DNA from: an uncultured Spirochaetota bacterium
Lineage (GTDB): Bacteria > Spirochaetota > Spirochaetia > SZUA-6 > Fen-1364
Direction of reading: 5' to 3'
Length of the DNA: 64,000 nucleotides
Assembly (NCBI GenBank): GCA_963734545.1
Contig: CAVTHO010000004.1
Coordinates: 160,001-224,000 of the forward strand
In this document: positions 44,097-54,529 of the stretch, piece by piece
How positions within the stretch are numbered: position 1 is the stretch's first letter
How the letters are laid out: every line of letters begins with the position of its first letter
Translations under genes and position numbers: made by a program
Notes under the pieces: model-generated
Database searches by the model: none
Told to the model about the DNA's origin: nothing
What the model saw: only the letters and a program-made list of their open reading frames with translations

Positions 44097-44983
44097 ACGT
44101 ATTCATCGGGTTGATAAACGGCACTCTCTCCGGAGCCACACCCATTCTCCTCGCCGCGCTCGGCGGCGCATTCACCTACTATGCGGGAGTGTTCAACATC
44201 GCGATGGAAGGAATGATGCTGACCGGCGCATTCGGCGCGGTCGTCGGCTCGTACTTCTTCCACTCCTGGCCCGTCGGCCTGGCTTTTGCCATCGCGTTTT
44301 CCGTGCTGATGGCGGTCATCTTCATCGTGTTCGCCGTTGTCCTGCGTGCGGACGAGTTCGTGACCGGCATTGCCCTCAACCTGTTCGCGGTCGGGGCAAC
44401 CACCTACCTCCTCCGCCAGACCTTTTCGGTCAAGGGCGTTTTCTCCAATCCCGGTATCATTCCCATTCCGAAGGTGGACATTCCACTCGTGGAGCAGGTC
44501 CCCTTTGTCGGGCAGATCCTCTCCGGCCAGAACCTCGTCGTGTATCTCACGGTCCTGGCGGTGTTCCTGACCGCCTACCTCGTGTTCGGCACCCGGTTCG
44601 GCCTGCGGCTGCGCGCCGCGGGCTTCAACAGTGCCTCCCTGGACTCCAGCGGCGTGTCCACGGCGCGCATCCGGGTCTCCTCTCTGCTTCTCTGCGGCGT
44701 GTTCTGCGGCGTGGCAGGCGCCTTCCTCTCCCTGGGCTACGTGCGGCTCTTCGCGGAAAACATGTCTGCCGGGCGCGGCTGGATTTCGCTTGCGGCCATC
44801 ATCCTCGTGAGCGGAAATCCATGGGGCATCGCCCTGATCTCCATTGTGTTCGGGTTCTTTGACGGCATGGGTCTTCTCATGCAGGGCTACTCTGTTCCGT
44901 CCCAGTTCACCTCCATGGTGCCCTACATCGCGACACTGGTGGCCCTGTACGTCTACTCGATTCGAAAAAAGGGAAAGGCATGA
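44093..44983 (+). CDS. Nucleoside ABC permease 2
   Basis: [42 protein letters not shown]. Confidence 0.92.
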
Positions 44984-46369
44984 GCGATAGGCCGCGCAGG
45001 GCGTGGGAGATCGACCGGGAGCTGCGCCTCTCCGCGGTGCCCCTGGACCGTCGTGTGAGCGCAAGTCAGTGGTATACGAGCAGCACGGTCTTTCCCACCG
45101 GTGACGACCTGACGGCGTCTGTTCTGGAATGCGCGCGTGCCGGGGTCCGGCGCGCCCGAGATCCCCTACGTGGAGATGGTGGAGTCGATGGCCAATCGCG
45201 GCTATGACATGGCGGAGGCGGAAGAGCTCCTCCCTGTGGGCATCGAGCTTGCCGGCCGCAAGGACACGGCCGGGCTCCGTGCCCTGACCGCGGAGCTCCT
45301 GGCCCGCATCTGGAGCGCACCGCGGAACCCTTCCTCCCCGTACTGGGGATATGAGCACCCCGAAGCCTGGCCGGAGGTAGAGGCTGCCATGCCGGGACGG
45401 CAGAACGACCGGTACGAGCGCGCCCTGCACGGCCTCGAGGAGAAGATCCTTGCGGGCTGGCGTGGGCAGCTTGCCGGCGGGTCTTTCGGCACGGCAATCG
45501 AAGGCTATCACACGGACCGGATCACCGAGGTCTACGGGACCATAGATCGGTACATCACAAAGCCGGAAACCGTCAACGATGACGTGGTCTACGAGCTGGT
45601 GTTCCTCGACGTGTTCGAAAGAAGGGGCCGCGCGCTCACCTCGCGCGAGCTGGCCCTGGAGTGGGTCAGGCAGATCCCGTTCGGCTGGTCGGCGGAGTGG
45701 ATTGCGCTGCACAACCTGAATGACGGGATTCTTCCGCCCCTGTCGGGCTCGTGGCGAAACCCCTACTCTGACTGGATCGGCGCGCAGATGCGCGGAATGG
45801 TCTGCGGCATGCTGGCGCCTGGGTGGCCGCGGGAGGCGGCCCGGCTTGCGCACCTGGACGGCGTAATCTCGCACGCGGCAAACGGCGTGTATGGAGAGAT
45901 CTTCGCCGCAGTGTTGACCTCGCTTTCTTTCCTGCGGACAGACCCCAGGACCCTCCTGGAGGAAGCTGCGCACTATCTGCCTGCCCGGAGCGAGTACGCC
46001 GATGTGGTGAAGCGGTGCCTCCTGGTGGTGGAAAGGGATCCCGATCCTGCCGCAGCATGGCGGACGCTCGACCGCATGTTCGAGCAGTACAACTGGATCC
46101 ACGCCTACCCCAACATCGCCGCGGACATTCTTGCGCTGTGGTTCGGGCAGGGCGACATGACCCGTTCCTTCTCCCTGCTAGCGCACGCGGGGCTGGACGT
46201 GGACTGCAACGCGGGCCTGGTGGGCAATGTCCTCGGCATCATGGGCGGAGTGCCCGACTCCTGGGCCGGTCCCCTGGGAGACACGCTCGAGACCTACTTG
46301 AAGGGAAAGGAAAAGCTTTCGATCATGAGCCTGGCGGCGCGCACGGCGCGGCTGGCGCGCCGGGAATAG
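44980..46369 (+). CDS. ADP-ribosylglycohydrolase family protein (frameshift ~45125)
   Basis: GWRGQLAG...[39 protein letters not shown]. Confidence 0.85.
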
Positions 46370-46393
46370 GCCCGGCGGGAACAGGAGGCAAGA

Positions 46394-46882
46394 ATGAAGG
46401 CGCTCGTTCTTTTCAGAAGCTACTACGGCAACACGAAGCAGGTGGCGGAAGCAATGTCCCGACAGATCCAGGAGCTCGGTCACGAGTCATCAGTCCAGGA
46501 TGTGCGGCGGAAGCTGCCGGACCTGCAGGGCATCGACCTCATTCTGATCGGAGCCCCGACCCGGATGGCCCGGGTCAGTCTCAGGGCCCGGGGTGTTCTG
46601 AAAACTCTCCGAAGGAGAGGATACGGGCGGAAACTGGTGGCGATATTCGACACGTACGGGCCTGTGCCGACAAAACCGGAGGAAATGGAGGAATCCAGGA
46701 AATGGCTGTTCCCCGGCGCGGCCGGCATCATGGAGAAAACGGCAAAGGACCGGGGTTTGAACGTCTACGGGAAAACCTTTCGGTGCGAGGTCCTGGGAAT
46801 GAAAGGCCCTGTCAAGGAGCACGAGCAGGAGAAGGCTGCCGCATTCGCAAAAGAGCTGATTTCCTCCATCAGCCGCATGTGA
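46394..46882 (+). CDS. Flavodoxin-domain protein
   Basis: [27 protein letters not shown]. Confidence 0.85.
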   Translation: MKALVLFRSYYGNTKQVAEAMSRQIQELGHESSVQDVRRKLPDLQGIDLILIGAPTRMARVSLRARGVLKTLRRRGYGRKLVAIFDTYGPVPTKPEEMEESRKWLFPGAAGIMEKTAKDRGLNVYGKTFRCEVLGMKGPVKEHEQEKAAAFAKELISSISRM

Positions 46883-48374
46883 GGTCGAGCGCGACGACGG
46901 ACCGGGCCGGCAGCGTCACGACAAGCGTGCCGCGGGAAACGGTGACCCCATCGAAAGGGACCGGCGTGACCGCGTCTGGCCGCTCGAAGGTGTTGCGGCT
47001 GTCCGTGTCGGGTCCCGTCAGGATCCTCCCCACTGCCTTCCGGGCTTCGGAACCCCGCAGCTCCACGCGCAGCTCCGCCGCCTCCTTGTGGTGGAGGTTG
47101 CAGAGGGTGAGGAGAATCTTCTCCGAGCCGTTGCGCGACGCCGAGGCGCTGATCCGCGGCATCGTCTTCCCTTCCCACTCGATGGGCGCGTCCTCGAGCC
47201 AGACGGGCAGCGCGACCGCCTCCTGATGGGGCGCGTACATCTCGAACACGTGGTAGGTCGGCGTGAGAATCATCTTCGGCCCGTCGGTGAGGATCATGGC
47301 CTGGAGCACGTTGACGGTCTGGGCGATGTTGGCCACGCGGAGGCGGTCCGATCTGCGGTTGAAGATGTTCAGCGTCAGGCCCGCGACGAGCGCGTCCCTG
47401 ATCGTATTCTGCTGGTAGAGAAAGCCGGGGTTCGTGCCCGGCTCCGCGGTGTGCCATGTGCCCCACTCGTCCATCACCATGGCCACCCTTTTCTGCGGAT
47501 CGTAGCGGTCCATGATCGTCGCCGTCCTGTCGATGAAACCTTCAATGCCGAGCGCGTTTCTCAAGATCGCGTACCAATCGGAGACGGGGAATCCGGTCGA
47601 GGGTCCCTTGTCTGCCCAGACCGCGCCCTTCACCGTGTAGTAGTGGACGGAAAGCCCGTCCATCAGCGCGCCGGCCTCGCGCATGAGGGTCTCGTTCCAG
47701 CCGTCGTCGAATCCGCAGGCCACCTTGAAGAGCTTCCTGCCTCCGAAGTGCCGGCAATACCCCTGGAACTTCCTGAACTCCCACGCATACTGCAGGGCGG
47801 TCATGGTGCCGCCGCATCCCCAGTTCTCATTGCCGACCCCCCAGAAGGTGGCGTCCCACGGCTCTTCCCGCCCGTTGGCGCGCCTCATGTCGGCCATCGG
47901 GCTCTTGCCGGGCATGGTGATGTATTCGAGCCATTCAGCCATCTCGCGGACCGTTCCGGACCCGACGTTGCCGCAGATGTAAGGTTCCGTCCCGACCAGG
48001 GAACAGAAATCCAGGAACTCGTGGGTGCCGAAGTGATTGTTCTCCGTTGTGCCGCCCCAGTGGATGTTCACGATGCTCGGGCGGCCGGACCGGAGACCGA
48101 TACCGTCCTTCCAGTGGTAGGTATCGGCGAAGCATCCTCCCGGCCAGCGGAGGTTCGGCATCCGAAGCTTCGAGAGCGCGGCGATGACGTCGTTTCTCGC
48201 CCCCCTCGTGTTCGGAATTGGAGATCCCTCGCCCACCCATATCCCCTCGTAAATGCACCTTCCCAGGTGCTCCGCGAAATGTCCATACACGTGTCGGGAG
48301 ATCTTGTGCCCGCCCCTGTCAACGTCCACGAACAATCGTTCCATGTTCCCGCTCCTTGTTTCATACTCAGCCAT
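46869..48374 (-). CDS. Alpha-L-arabinofuranosidase, GH51 (cytoplasmic)
   Basis: [52 protein letters not shown]. Confidence 0.95.
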   Translation of the reverse strand: MAEYETRSGNMERLFVDVDRGGHKISRHVYGHFAEHLGRCIYEGIWVGEGSPIPNTRGARNDVIAALSKLRMPNLRWPGGCFADTYHWKDGIGLRSGRPSIVNIHWGGTTENNHFGTHEFLDFCSLVGTEPYICGNVGSGTVREMAEWLEYITMPGKSPMADMRRANGREEPWDATFWGVGNENWGCGGTMTALQYAWEFRKFQGYCRHFGGRKLFKVACGFDDGWNETLMREAGALMDGLSVHYYTVKGAVWADKGPSTGFPVSDWYAILRNALGIEGFIDRTATIMDRYDPQKRVAMVMDEWGTWHTAEPGTNPGFLYQQNTIRDALVAGLTLNIFNRRSDRLRVANIAQTVNVLQAMILTDGPKMILTPTYHVFEMYAPHQEAVALPVWLEDAPIEWEGKTMPRISASASRNGSEKILLTLCNLHHKEAAELRVELRGSEARKAVGRILTGPDTDSRNTFERPDAVTPVPFDGVTVSRGTLVVTLPARSVVALDLTCG

Positions 48375-48410
48375 TATATCAGTCCTGGCAATACGCTCCC
48401 GGTATTTTTC

Positions 48411-48511
48411 TTGACAAGACAGCTAAAACCGGCGTACAAGACAAGGTACGTATCAGATGGTTTGATACATTTGGTTCAGGCTATTTGGAACAAGGGATGA
48501 AGGCTTCATCC
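48411..48511 (+). promoter_or_regulatory. Promoter and two palindromic operator candidates upstream of the oligosaccharide ABC operon
   Basis: TTGACA at 48411; GTATCA-N7-TGATAC at 48450-48468; GGATGAAG-G-CTTCATCC at 48495-48511. Confidence 0.5.
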
Positions 48512-48532
48512 TCTAGAAAGCAAGGAGGGAAT

Positions 48533-50489
48533 ATGCGGAAGAGACTATGGTTGGTGATCTGTACTTTGGTCGCATTCGGCGTGACCAGTTTGTACGCCGA
48601 TATCGACCCGAACAAGGAGGTCGTACCAGGCGTCAAGCGCGGCGATACGATCATCATCGAGGACCCGACCCCCGGCGCGGCTTTTTCCAACCCCGACAGC
48701 TTCAACCGGTGGTCCTGCTGGGCAGGAGGCGGGGGTGGCTGGTCCTACGGAATTCAGCAGCTCGGGCTGGACACCCTCTGGTTCATCGATCCGGACGCGG
48801 GTATTCCCCGTCCCGGCGTGAAGGACTCCGTCTGGCACAACAGCCTCGCGGCCGCCAAGCCGATCTACAACAAGGACTACACGCAGATGACCGCGAAGCT
48901 GAGGAAAGGCATCCTGTGGAGCGACGGCGTGGAGTTCACATCGGCCGACGTCAAGTACACGGTGGAGACTCCTGGCCCAGAACCCCACGATGATCTTCGG
49001 CTCGTCCTTCAAGGTATCCGTCAAGAGCGTCGAAACGCCGGACAAGTACACGGTTGTCTTCAACCTCAATGCGCCCAACAGCCGCTTCCACCGCAACTTC
49101 ACGGTGCGCTGGCAGGGCTGCTTCATCATGCCGAAGCACGTCTGGGAGAAGGCGGTCACGAAGCCCGGCGATGCGATCACCTACAATTTCAACCCGCCGG
49201 TGACCCTCGGAGCGTACGTCCTCAAGGACTATGACAAGCAGGGCAAGTGGTACCTCTGGGAGCGGCGCGCGGACTGGAACAAGACGAGCATCGCGGATTT
49301 CGGCATGCCGGTGCCCAAGTATGCGATGTACCTTACGGACCTCCCCAACGACAAGAAGGTCATCATGCAGCTCAGTCATGACCTCGACATGGTCCACGAG
49401 GTGACCCCAGAGGGCATGGTCCAGCTCGCCAAGAGCAAGAGCAACACCAACTGGTTCCAGGGATTTCCCTTCGGACATCCGGACCCGACCCTCATCTCCA
49501 TCCTGATGAACAACGCGAGAGACCCCTTCGACAAGGCCGATGTTCGCTGGGCCCTCGCGCTTGCCACCGACGTTGTGAAGGCAGCAATGGGAAGCTACAA
49601 TGGGGCTGTCCAGATCTCGCCCATTCTGTACCCGCCCACGGGCACCTCGCGGAAATACTACTTCGATCCCCTGCAGCCCTTCCTCAAGGATTTCACGATC
49701 GACGCGGGAAAGGCCGGCAAGATAAAGCCCTATGACACCACCATTGCGCAGAAGATCGCCGACGCGGCGCGGCCGCAGTTCGGAGACCAGGTTCCCAAGG
49801 CACCCAACCGCATCGCGGGCATGATCGGCCAGGGTTGGTGGAAGTACGATCCCAAGGCCGCCGCTGCGCTTCTGGAGAAGAACGGCTTTACCCAGAAGGG
49901 CGGCAAGTGGTACAAGCCCAACGGGGAACAGTTCAAGATCGTCCTGCAGAACCAGGGCCCGGACCGGCCGATCCTCCAGCGCCTCACCACGACAATCGCG
50001 GAGCTGTGGACGAACTTCGGCATTGAAACGACCGCCATCTACTCCCAGGACGACGGCACCAACCGCAACCTCGGCAATTTCGACGGTTACGTGTTCTGGA
50101 ACATCGAGACCTGGGGCGGTCACCCCGACATGAGCTACTTCATCGAAGCGTTGAGCTCCAAGTTCTACACGCCCGTCGGGGAGGTGCACAACGGCCCCAA
50201 CCCGATCCGGTACAAGAACGCGGAGCAGGACAGGATCATCGAGGAGATCCTCAAGTCCGACTTCGATTCGCAGAAGAACATCGATCTCGGGATCCAGTGG
50301 CTGAAGCTCATGGTCAAGGACATGCCGGAGATCCCCTTGTTTGCGTACAACGTGTTCGTCTCCCAGGACAACACCTACTGGACCGGCTACCCGAATTACG
50401 ATAAGCCGTACGCGAACCCCGTGACAAACTGGACGAACGGCCGTTATATCTTCACGCAGCTCAAGCAGATGCTGCCGCCCAAGAAATAG
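48533..50489 (+). CDS. Family 5 (Opp/Dpp) ABC substrate-binding protein, probably oligosaccharide-binding (frameshift ~48970)
   Basis: Signal peptide; LRKGILWSDGVEFTSADVKYT, VETPDKYTVVF, DVRWALALA, WTGYP. Flanked by GH51 genes. Confidence 0.9.
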
Positions 50490-50515
50490 CGGTATCTGGG
50501 AAGTAGTCCATCACT

Positions 50516-50543
50516 GAGCGCCCCCGCCCCCGCGGGGGCGCTC
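50516..50543 (+). terminator. GC-rich stem-loop between the SBP and permease genes (mRNA stabiliser or attenuator)
   Basis: GAGCGCCCCCGC-CCCC-GCGGGGGCGCTC, no U-tract. Confidence 0.6.
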
Positions 50544-50580
50544 GTCATCAATCCGACCCTGTCGGAGTCCAGGGGGTTCC

Positions 50581-51609
50581 ATGCCGAACCGAGGCGTCTT
50601 CTCCAAATCGTTCTTCAAATACCTGGCGCAGCGCGTTGGACAGTGCATCCTGGTCGTCTTCATTGGCATCACCCTGACGTTCCTGCTTCCGCGCCTGGCG
50701 CCGACGAACCCGATCGAGATGAAAATTGACCAGATGATGTCGGGTCCTATGAGGGTGTACCCGGAGGCCGTCGCGGCCTTCCGGCAGGCCATGTACGACC
50801 TGTACGGCCTCAAGGGAAATCTCGGCGAGCAGTATATCGCAACCTGGGCGCGGTTCTTCCGCGGCGACCTCGGTCCCTCCCTCACCACATATCCACGGCC
50901 GGTGAGCCATCTCATTCGACGAGCCATGCCCTGGACAATCGGCCTGCTTTTGACAACCGCAATCCTCTCCTGGCTGGCCGGCAATCTGCTCGGCGGGCTC
51001 GCCGGCTACCATTCCGACAAGCGCTGGACGAAATGGGTCGAGCTGACCGCGAACTGCATCCGCCCGATCCCTTACTATATCTTCGCCTTCGTCCTGCTGA
51101 TCGTCTTCTGCTTTCTGGTGCCGATCTTCCCAAGCTCGGATGCATACGACCGAGGCGTGAAGGAAGGACTCAATCTGAGGTTCATTGTGAGCGTCCTCTA
51201 TCACACCTTCCTTCCGGCACTGTCCCTCGTTCTTACCGGCGTGGGCGGTTGGCTCCTGGGCATGCGCGCCCTGGTGTCGAACATCGTTTCCGAGGACTAC
51301 GTTCAGTATGCCGAGTTCGCCGGGGTCCGCAAGAGCACGATCCTCGGGAAATACGTCATGCGCAACGCGCTCCTCCCGCAGCTCACGGGGCTGGGACTGG
51401 GCCTGGGGACCATCTTTTCGGGCGCCCTGATCACCGAGTATGTCTTCGGAATACCCGGCATTGGCTTGATCTCCTACAGGGCGATCGTGAATTTCGACTA
51501 CAGCCTGATCATGGGCATCTCCATGTTTTCGATCGTGGGAGTCTCGGTAGCGGTGCTCATCGTGGATCTGCTCTACCCCTTCTTCGACCCACGCGTGCGC
51601 CTTCAATAG
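50581..51609 (+). CDS. Opp/Dpp ABC permease (DppB-like)
   Basis: GDLGPSL, EDYVQYAEFAG, RNALLPQ, VDLLYPFFDPRVR. Confidence 0.92.
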   Translation: MPNRGVFSKSFFKYLAQRVGQCILVVFIGITLTFLLPRLAPTNPIEMKIDQMMSGPMRVYPEAVAAFRQAMYDLYGLKGNLGEQYIATWARFFRGDLGPSLTTYPRPVSHLIRRAMPWTIGLLLTTAILSWLAGNLLGGLAGYHSDKRWTKWVELTANCIRPIPYYIFAFVLLIVFCFLVPIFPSSDAYDRGVKEGLNLRFIVSVLYHTFLPALSLVLTGVGGWLLGMRALVSNIVSEDYVQYAEFAGVRKSTILGKYVMRNALLPQLTGLGLGLGTIFSGALITEYVFGIPGIGLISYRAIVNFDYSLIMGISMFSIVGVSVAVLIVDLLYPFFDPRVRLQ

Positions 51610-51620
51610 GGGAAACCGCA

Positions 51621-52484
51621 ATGCGCAAAGCCTTCTCCGGCCTCTGGAAGACCTCCGGCTATTTCCGCTTCGGCATCGTCTCCATCTCCTTTGCCGTTCT
51701 CATGTTCGTCCTGTCGTTTTTCTCGCCGTACAAGCCGATGGAGTCCTTCGTGGTCCCGAACAACCTGCCGCCGTCCCTCGCTCACTTGTTCGGCACCACG
51801 TCGCGCGGGCAGGATCTGTTCTGGCAGATGACGGTTGCCCTGCGCAATTCGCTGCTGTTCGGCGCGGTGACCGCCGCGCTCTCGCGGGTCATCGCGATAT
51901 GGGTCGGGATGTACGCCGGCTACCGGGGCGGTCTCATCGACAAGGCGATAATGGCGGTCAACGACAGCTTCATCATCCTGCCGGTGCTGCCGATCCTGCT
52001 CCTGGTGCAGTTCCTGGTCCGGGAGAAGATGAACTGGTTCTACATGGCGTCCATGCTTGCCCTGCTGGGCTGGCCCTACGATGCCCGGCTCATCCGCGCC
52101 CAGGTCCTGAGCCTCAAGGAACGCATCTTCTCGGAAACGGCGGTGTTCTGCGGCATGCCAACCAGGCGCATCATCATCAAGGAGCATTTGCCCTACGTGA
52201 TGCCCATCATCTTCGCCACCACCATCAACAACTTCCTCTGGTCGATCGGTCTGGAGGTCACGCTCTCCATTCTTGGCCTTACAAACATCAACAACGCCTC
52301 GATCGGAGTGGTGATCTTCTGGGCCAACCAGCACCAGGCAATGATCTCGGGCACCTGGTGGTGGCTGGCCGCCCCGGTGGGCATTACCGTCTTCGTCTTT
52401 GCGGGCCTGTACCTGCTCGCAGTGGCCCTGAACGAGTACATCGATCCTCGCACGAGGCTCAGCATGAAGGCGGTCGCGGCATGA
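51621..52484 (+). CDS. Opp/Dpp ABC permease (DppC-like)
   Basis: PPSLAHLFGTTSRGQD, ARLIRAQVLSLKER, WWWLAAP, NEYIDPR. Confidence 0.92.
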   Translation: MRKAFSGLWKTSGYFRFGIVSISFAVLMFVLSFFSPYKPMESFVVPNNLPPSLAHLFGTTSRGQDLFWQMTVALRNSLLFGAVTAALSRVIAIWVGMYAGYRGGLIDKAIMAVNDSFIILPVLPILLLVQFLVREKMNWFYMASMLALLGWPYDARLIRAQVLSLKERIFSETAVFCGMPTRRIIIKEHLPYVMPIIFATTINNFLWSIGLEVTLSILGLTNINNASIGVVIFWANQHQAMISGTWWWLAAPVGITVFVFAGLYLLAVALNEYIDPRTRLSMKAVAA

Positions 52485-53468
52485 CGACGGAAGTGCTTCG
52501 TACGCAACGCGCTTCATGCCTCCTACGTGACGCACCTGTTCGGCACGGATCGCGAGGTCAGGGTCGTCGAGGACGTGAGTCTTTCGATACGGCGCAACGA
52601 GGTCTTCGGGATCGCCGGAGAGTCCGGCTGCGGCAAGACGACGCTCCTGAAGCTCGTGGCGGGCTTCTGCCGGCCTCCGTTGTTCGTCCAGTCGGGTTCG
52701 GTCGAGTTCGTCGGCGAACGGGGAAACGTTCTGTCCCTGCTGGAGGCAAGCCCTGACGAGCTCTACGGGATCCGTTGGCGCCAGATTTCCTACATCATGC
52801 AGGGCTCGATGAACGTGCTCAATCCGGTCCGCAAGGTCTACAAGAGCTTCCTCGATTTTGCCTACCCCCACATGGGCCGAATGACCGAACACGAGTTCCG
52901 CATGGTGGTGATCGATCACCTGGGCAAGCTCCGACTCGGCAGAGAGGTCCTCAACTCCTTTCCGCACGAGTTGTCCGGAGGCATGCGGCAGCGCGTCACG
53001 ATCGGTCTCGCCACCATCTGCAAGCCTTCGATCATCATCGCGGACGAGCCCACCACCGCGCTGGACGTGGTCATCCAGCGCGAAACCCTCGGCCTCATGA
53101 AACGGATCCAGCGGGAGCTCGCCCTCACGATCGTCCTCGTGACCCATGACCTTGCCGTGCATGCCAACATGGCGGATCGGATTGCGATCATGTACGCGGG
53201 AACCATCGTCGAGGAGGGCTCGACGGCGGATATTTTCGAGAAACCTGCCCATCCGTATACGAAGCACCTGATCGGGTCCCTGCCGCGAATCGGGGACAAG
53301 GAGCGCCGGGGCTTCCTCAAGGGCGCTCCGCCCAACCTGGCGGCGCCCCCGAGCGGGTGCCGCTTCCATCCCCGCTGCCCCATCGCCGTCGCGCGATGTG
53401 CGGTGGAGGCACCGACGCTCAAGCCGTGCGCGGGCGGGACGAGGGCCGCATGCTTCCTGGCGGAATAG
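52481..53468 (+). CDS. Opp/Dpp ABC ATP-binding protein (DppD-like; frameshift ~52500)
   Basis: GESGCGKT, FPHELSGGMRQR, ADEPTTALD, GCRFHPRCP. Confidence 0.92.
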
Positions 53469-53484
53469 GACGTTGGGGGACCCT

Positions 53485-54474
53485 GTGAGCGACACTGCTG
53501 AGCTTCTCTCCGTTCGAGGCGCGAAGAAGGTCTTCCGGCTGGGAGGTATCCTGGGCAAGGAGATCGTGGCCGTCAACGAGGTGAGCTTTTCCCTCCTCAA
53601 GGACAAGCCTGATATCTTCTCGATCATCGGTGAATCGGGGTCCGGCAAGACAACCCTCTCGCGCATGATCCTGCGCCTCCTCCTGCCCGATTCGGGCACC
53701 ATCGAGCTGAACGGGAAGGACGTCCATGCGATAAGGGGGCGGCGCGCGATCGTCGAGTACATGCGCAACGTCCAACCGATCTTTCAGAATCCATTCGAGA
53801 CTTTCAATCCCCTCGACCGTGTCGAGGGGTTCCTCCAGGAGACCGCGAAGAATTACCATACCGGCGAATCGAGACCGCAGTCGCGGGACAGGGTGGAGAT
53901 GGCGTTGAACGTCGTAGGGCTGTCTCTCTCCGAAGTGGGCGGCCGCTACCCCCACGAGCTCTCCGGCGGCCAGCTTCAGCGCGCCTCCATTGCCCGGGCG
54001 ATCATCCCGGGCCCCAGCATCCTTGTGGCGGACGAGCCGGTCTCCATGGTGGATGCATCCCTGCGGATGAGCATCGTCAACCTGTTCCAGGACCTCAAGA
54101 ACCGGCTCGGCACTTCGATCATCTACATCACACACGACCTGGCCACCGCGTACTACATCTCGAACAGGATCGCCATCATCCACAAGGGCTTCTTCGTCGA
54201 GCAGGGAGACACGGCGCAGATCCTCACGGCTCCGCGACACCCCTACACAAAGCTCCTTGTCCGGTCCGCTCTGGATCCCCGGCCGGGCGCGACCTCTCTG
54301 GCCGATTCAGAGGCGGTGGCGGGAGGCGAGGAGGAGTACCTGGCACCGGGCTGCAAGTTCGCCGCGCGGTGTCCTCACGTTATGGACGTATGCCGACAAA
54401 GGGTTCCTCCGCCTGTCACGGTGGAGGGCCGGCAGGTCCGCTGCTTCCTCTATGGCGGGACTGATACGCGCTAG
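53485..54474 (+). CDS. Opp/Dpp ABC ATP-binding protein (DppF-like)
   Basis: GESGSGKT, YPHELSGGQLQR, ADEPVSMVD, GCKFAARCP. Confidence 0.93.
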   Translation: MSDTAELLSVRGAKKVFRLGGILGKEIVAVNEVSFSLLKDKPDIFSIIGESGSGKTTLSRMILRLLLPDSGTIELNGKDVHAIRGRRAIVEYMRNVQPIFQNPFETFNPLDRVEGFLQETAKNYHTGESRPQSRDRVEMALNVVGLSLSEVGGRYPHELSGGQLQRASIARAIIPGPSILVADEPVSMVDASLRMSIVNLFQDLKNRLGTSIIYITHDLATAYYISNRIAIIHKGFFVEQGDTAQILTAPRHPYTKLLVRSALDPRPGATSLADSEAVAGGEEEYLAPGCKFAARCPHVMDVCRQRVPPPVTVEGRQVRCFLYGGTDTR

Positions 54475-54520
54475 AGTGATCCTGGACAAAGAGTATCGAA
54501 TTGGTGACGCGGACAAACCG
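54452..54520 (+). pseudogene. 5' remnant of an AbfA-type GH51 arabinofuranosidase
   Basis: Reads MAGLIRARVILDKEYRIGDADK, resembling the recalled B. subtilis AbfA start (MKKARMIVDKEYKIGEVDKR). Similarity stops before the expected YGSFxEH motif. Confidence 0.5.
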
Positions 54521-54529
54521 CGGGGAGTG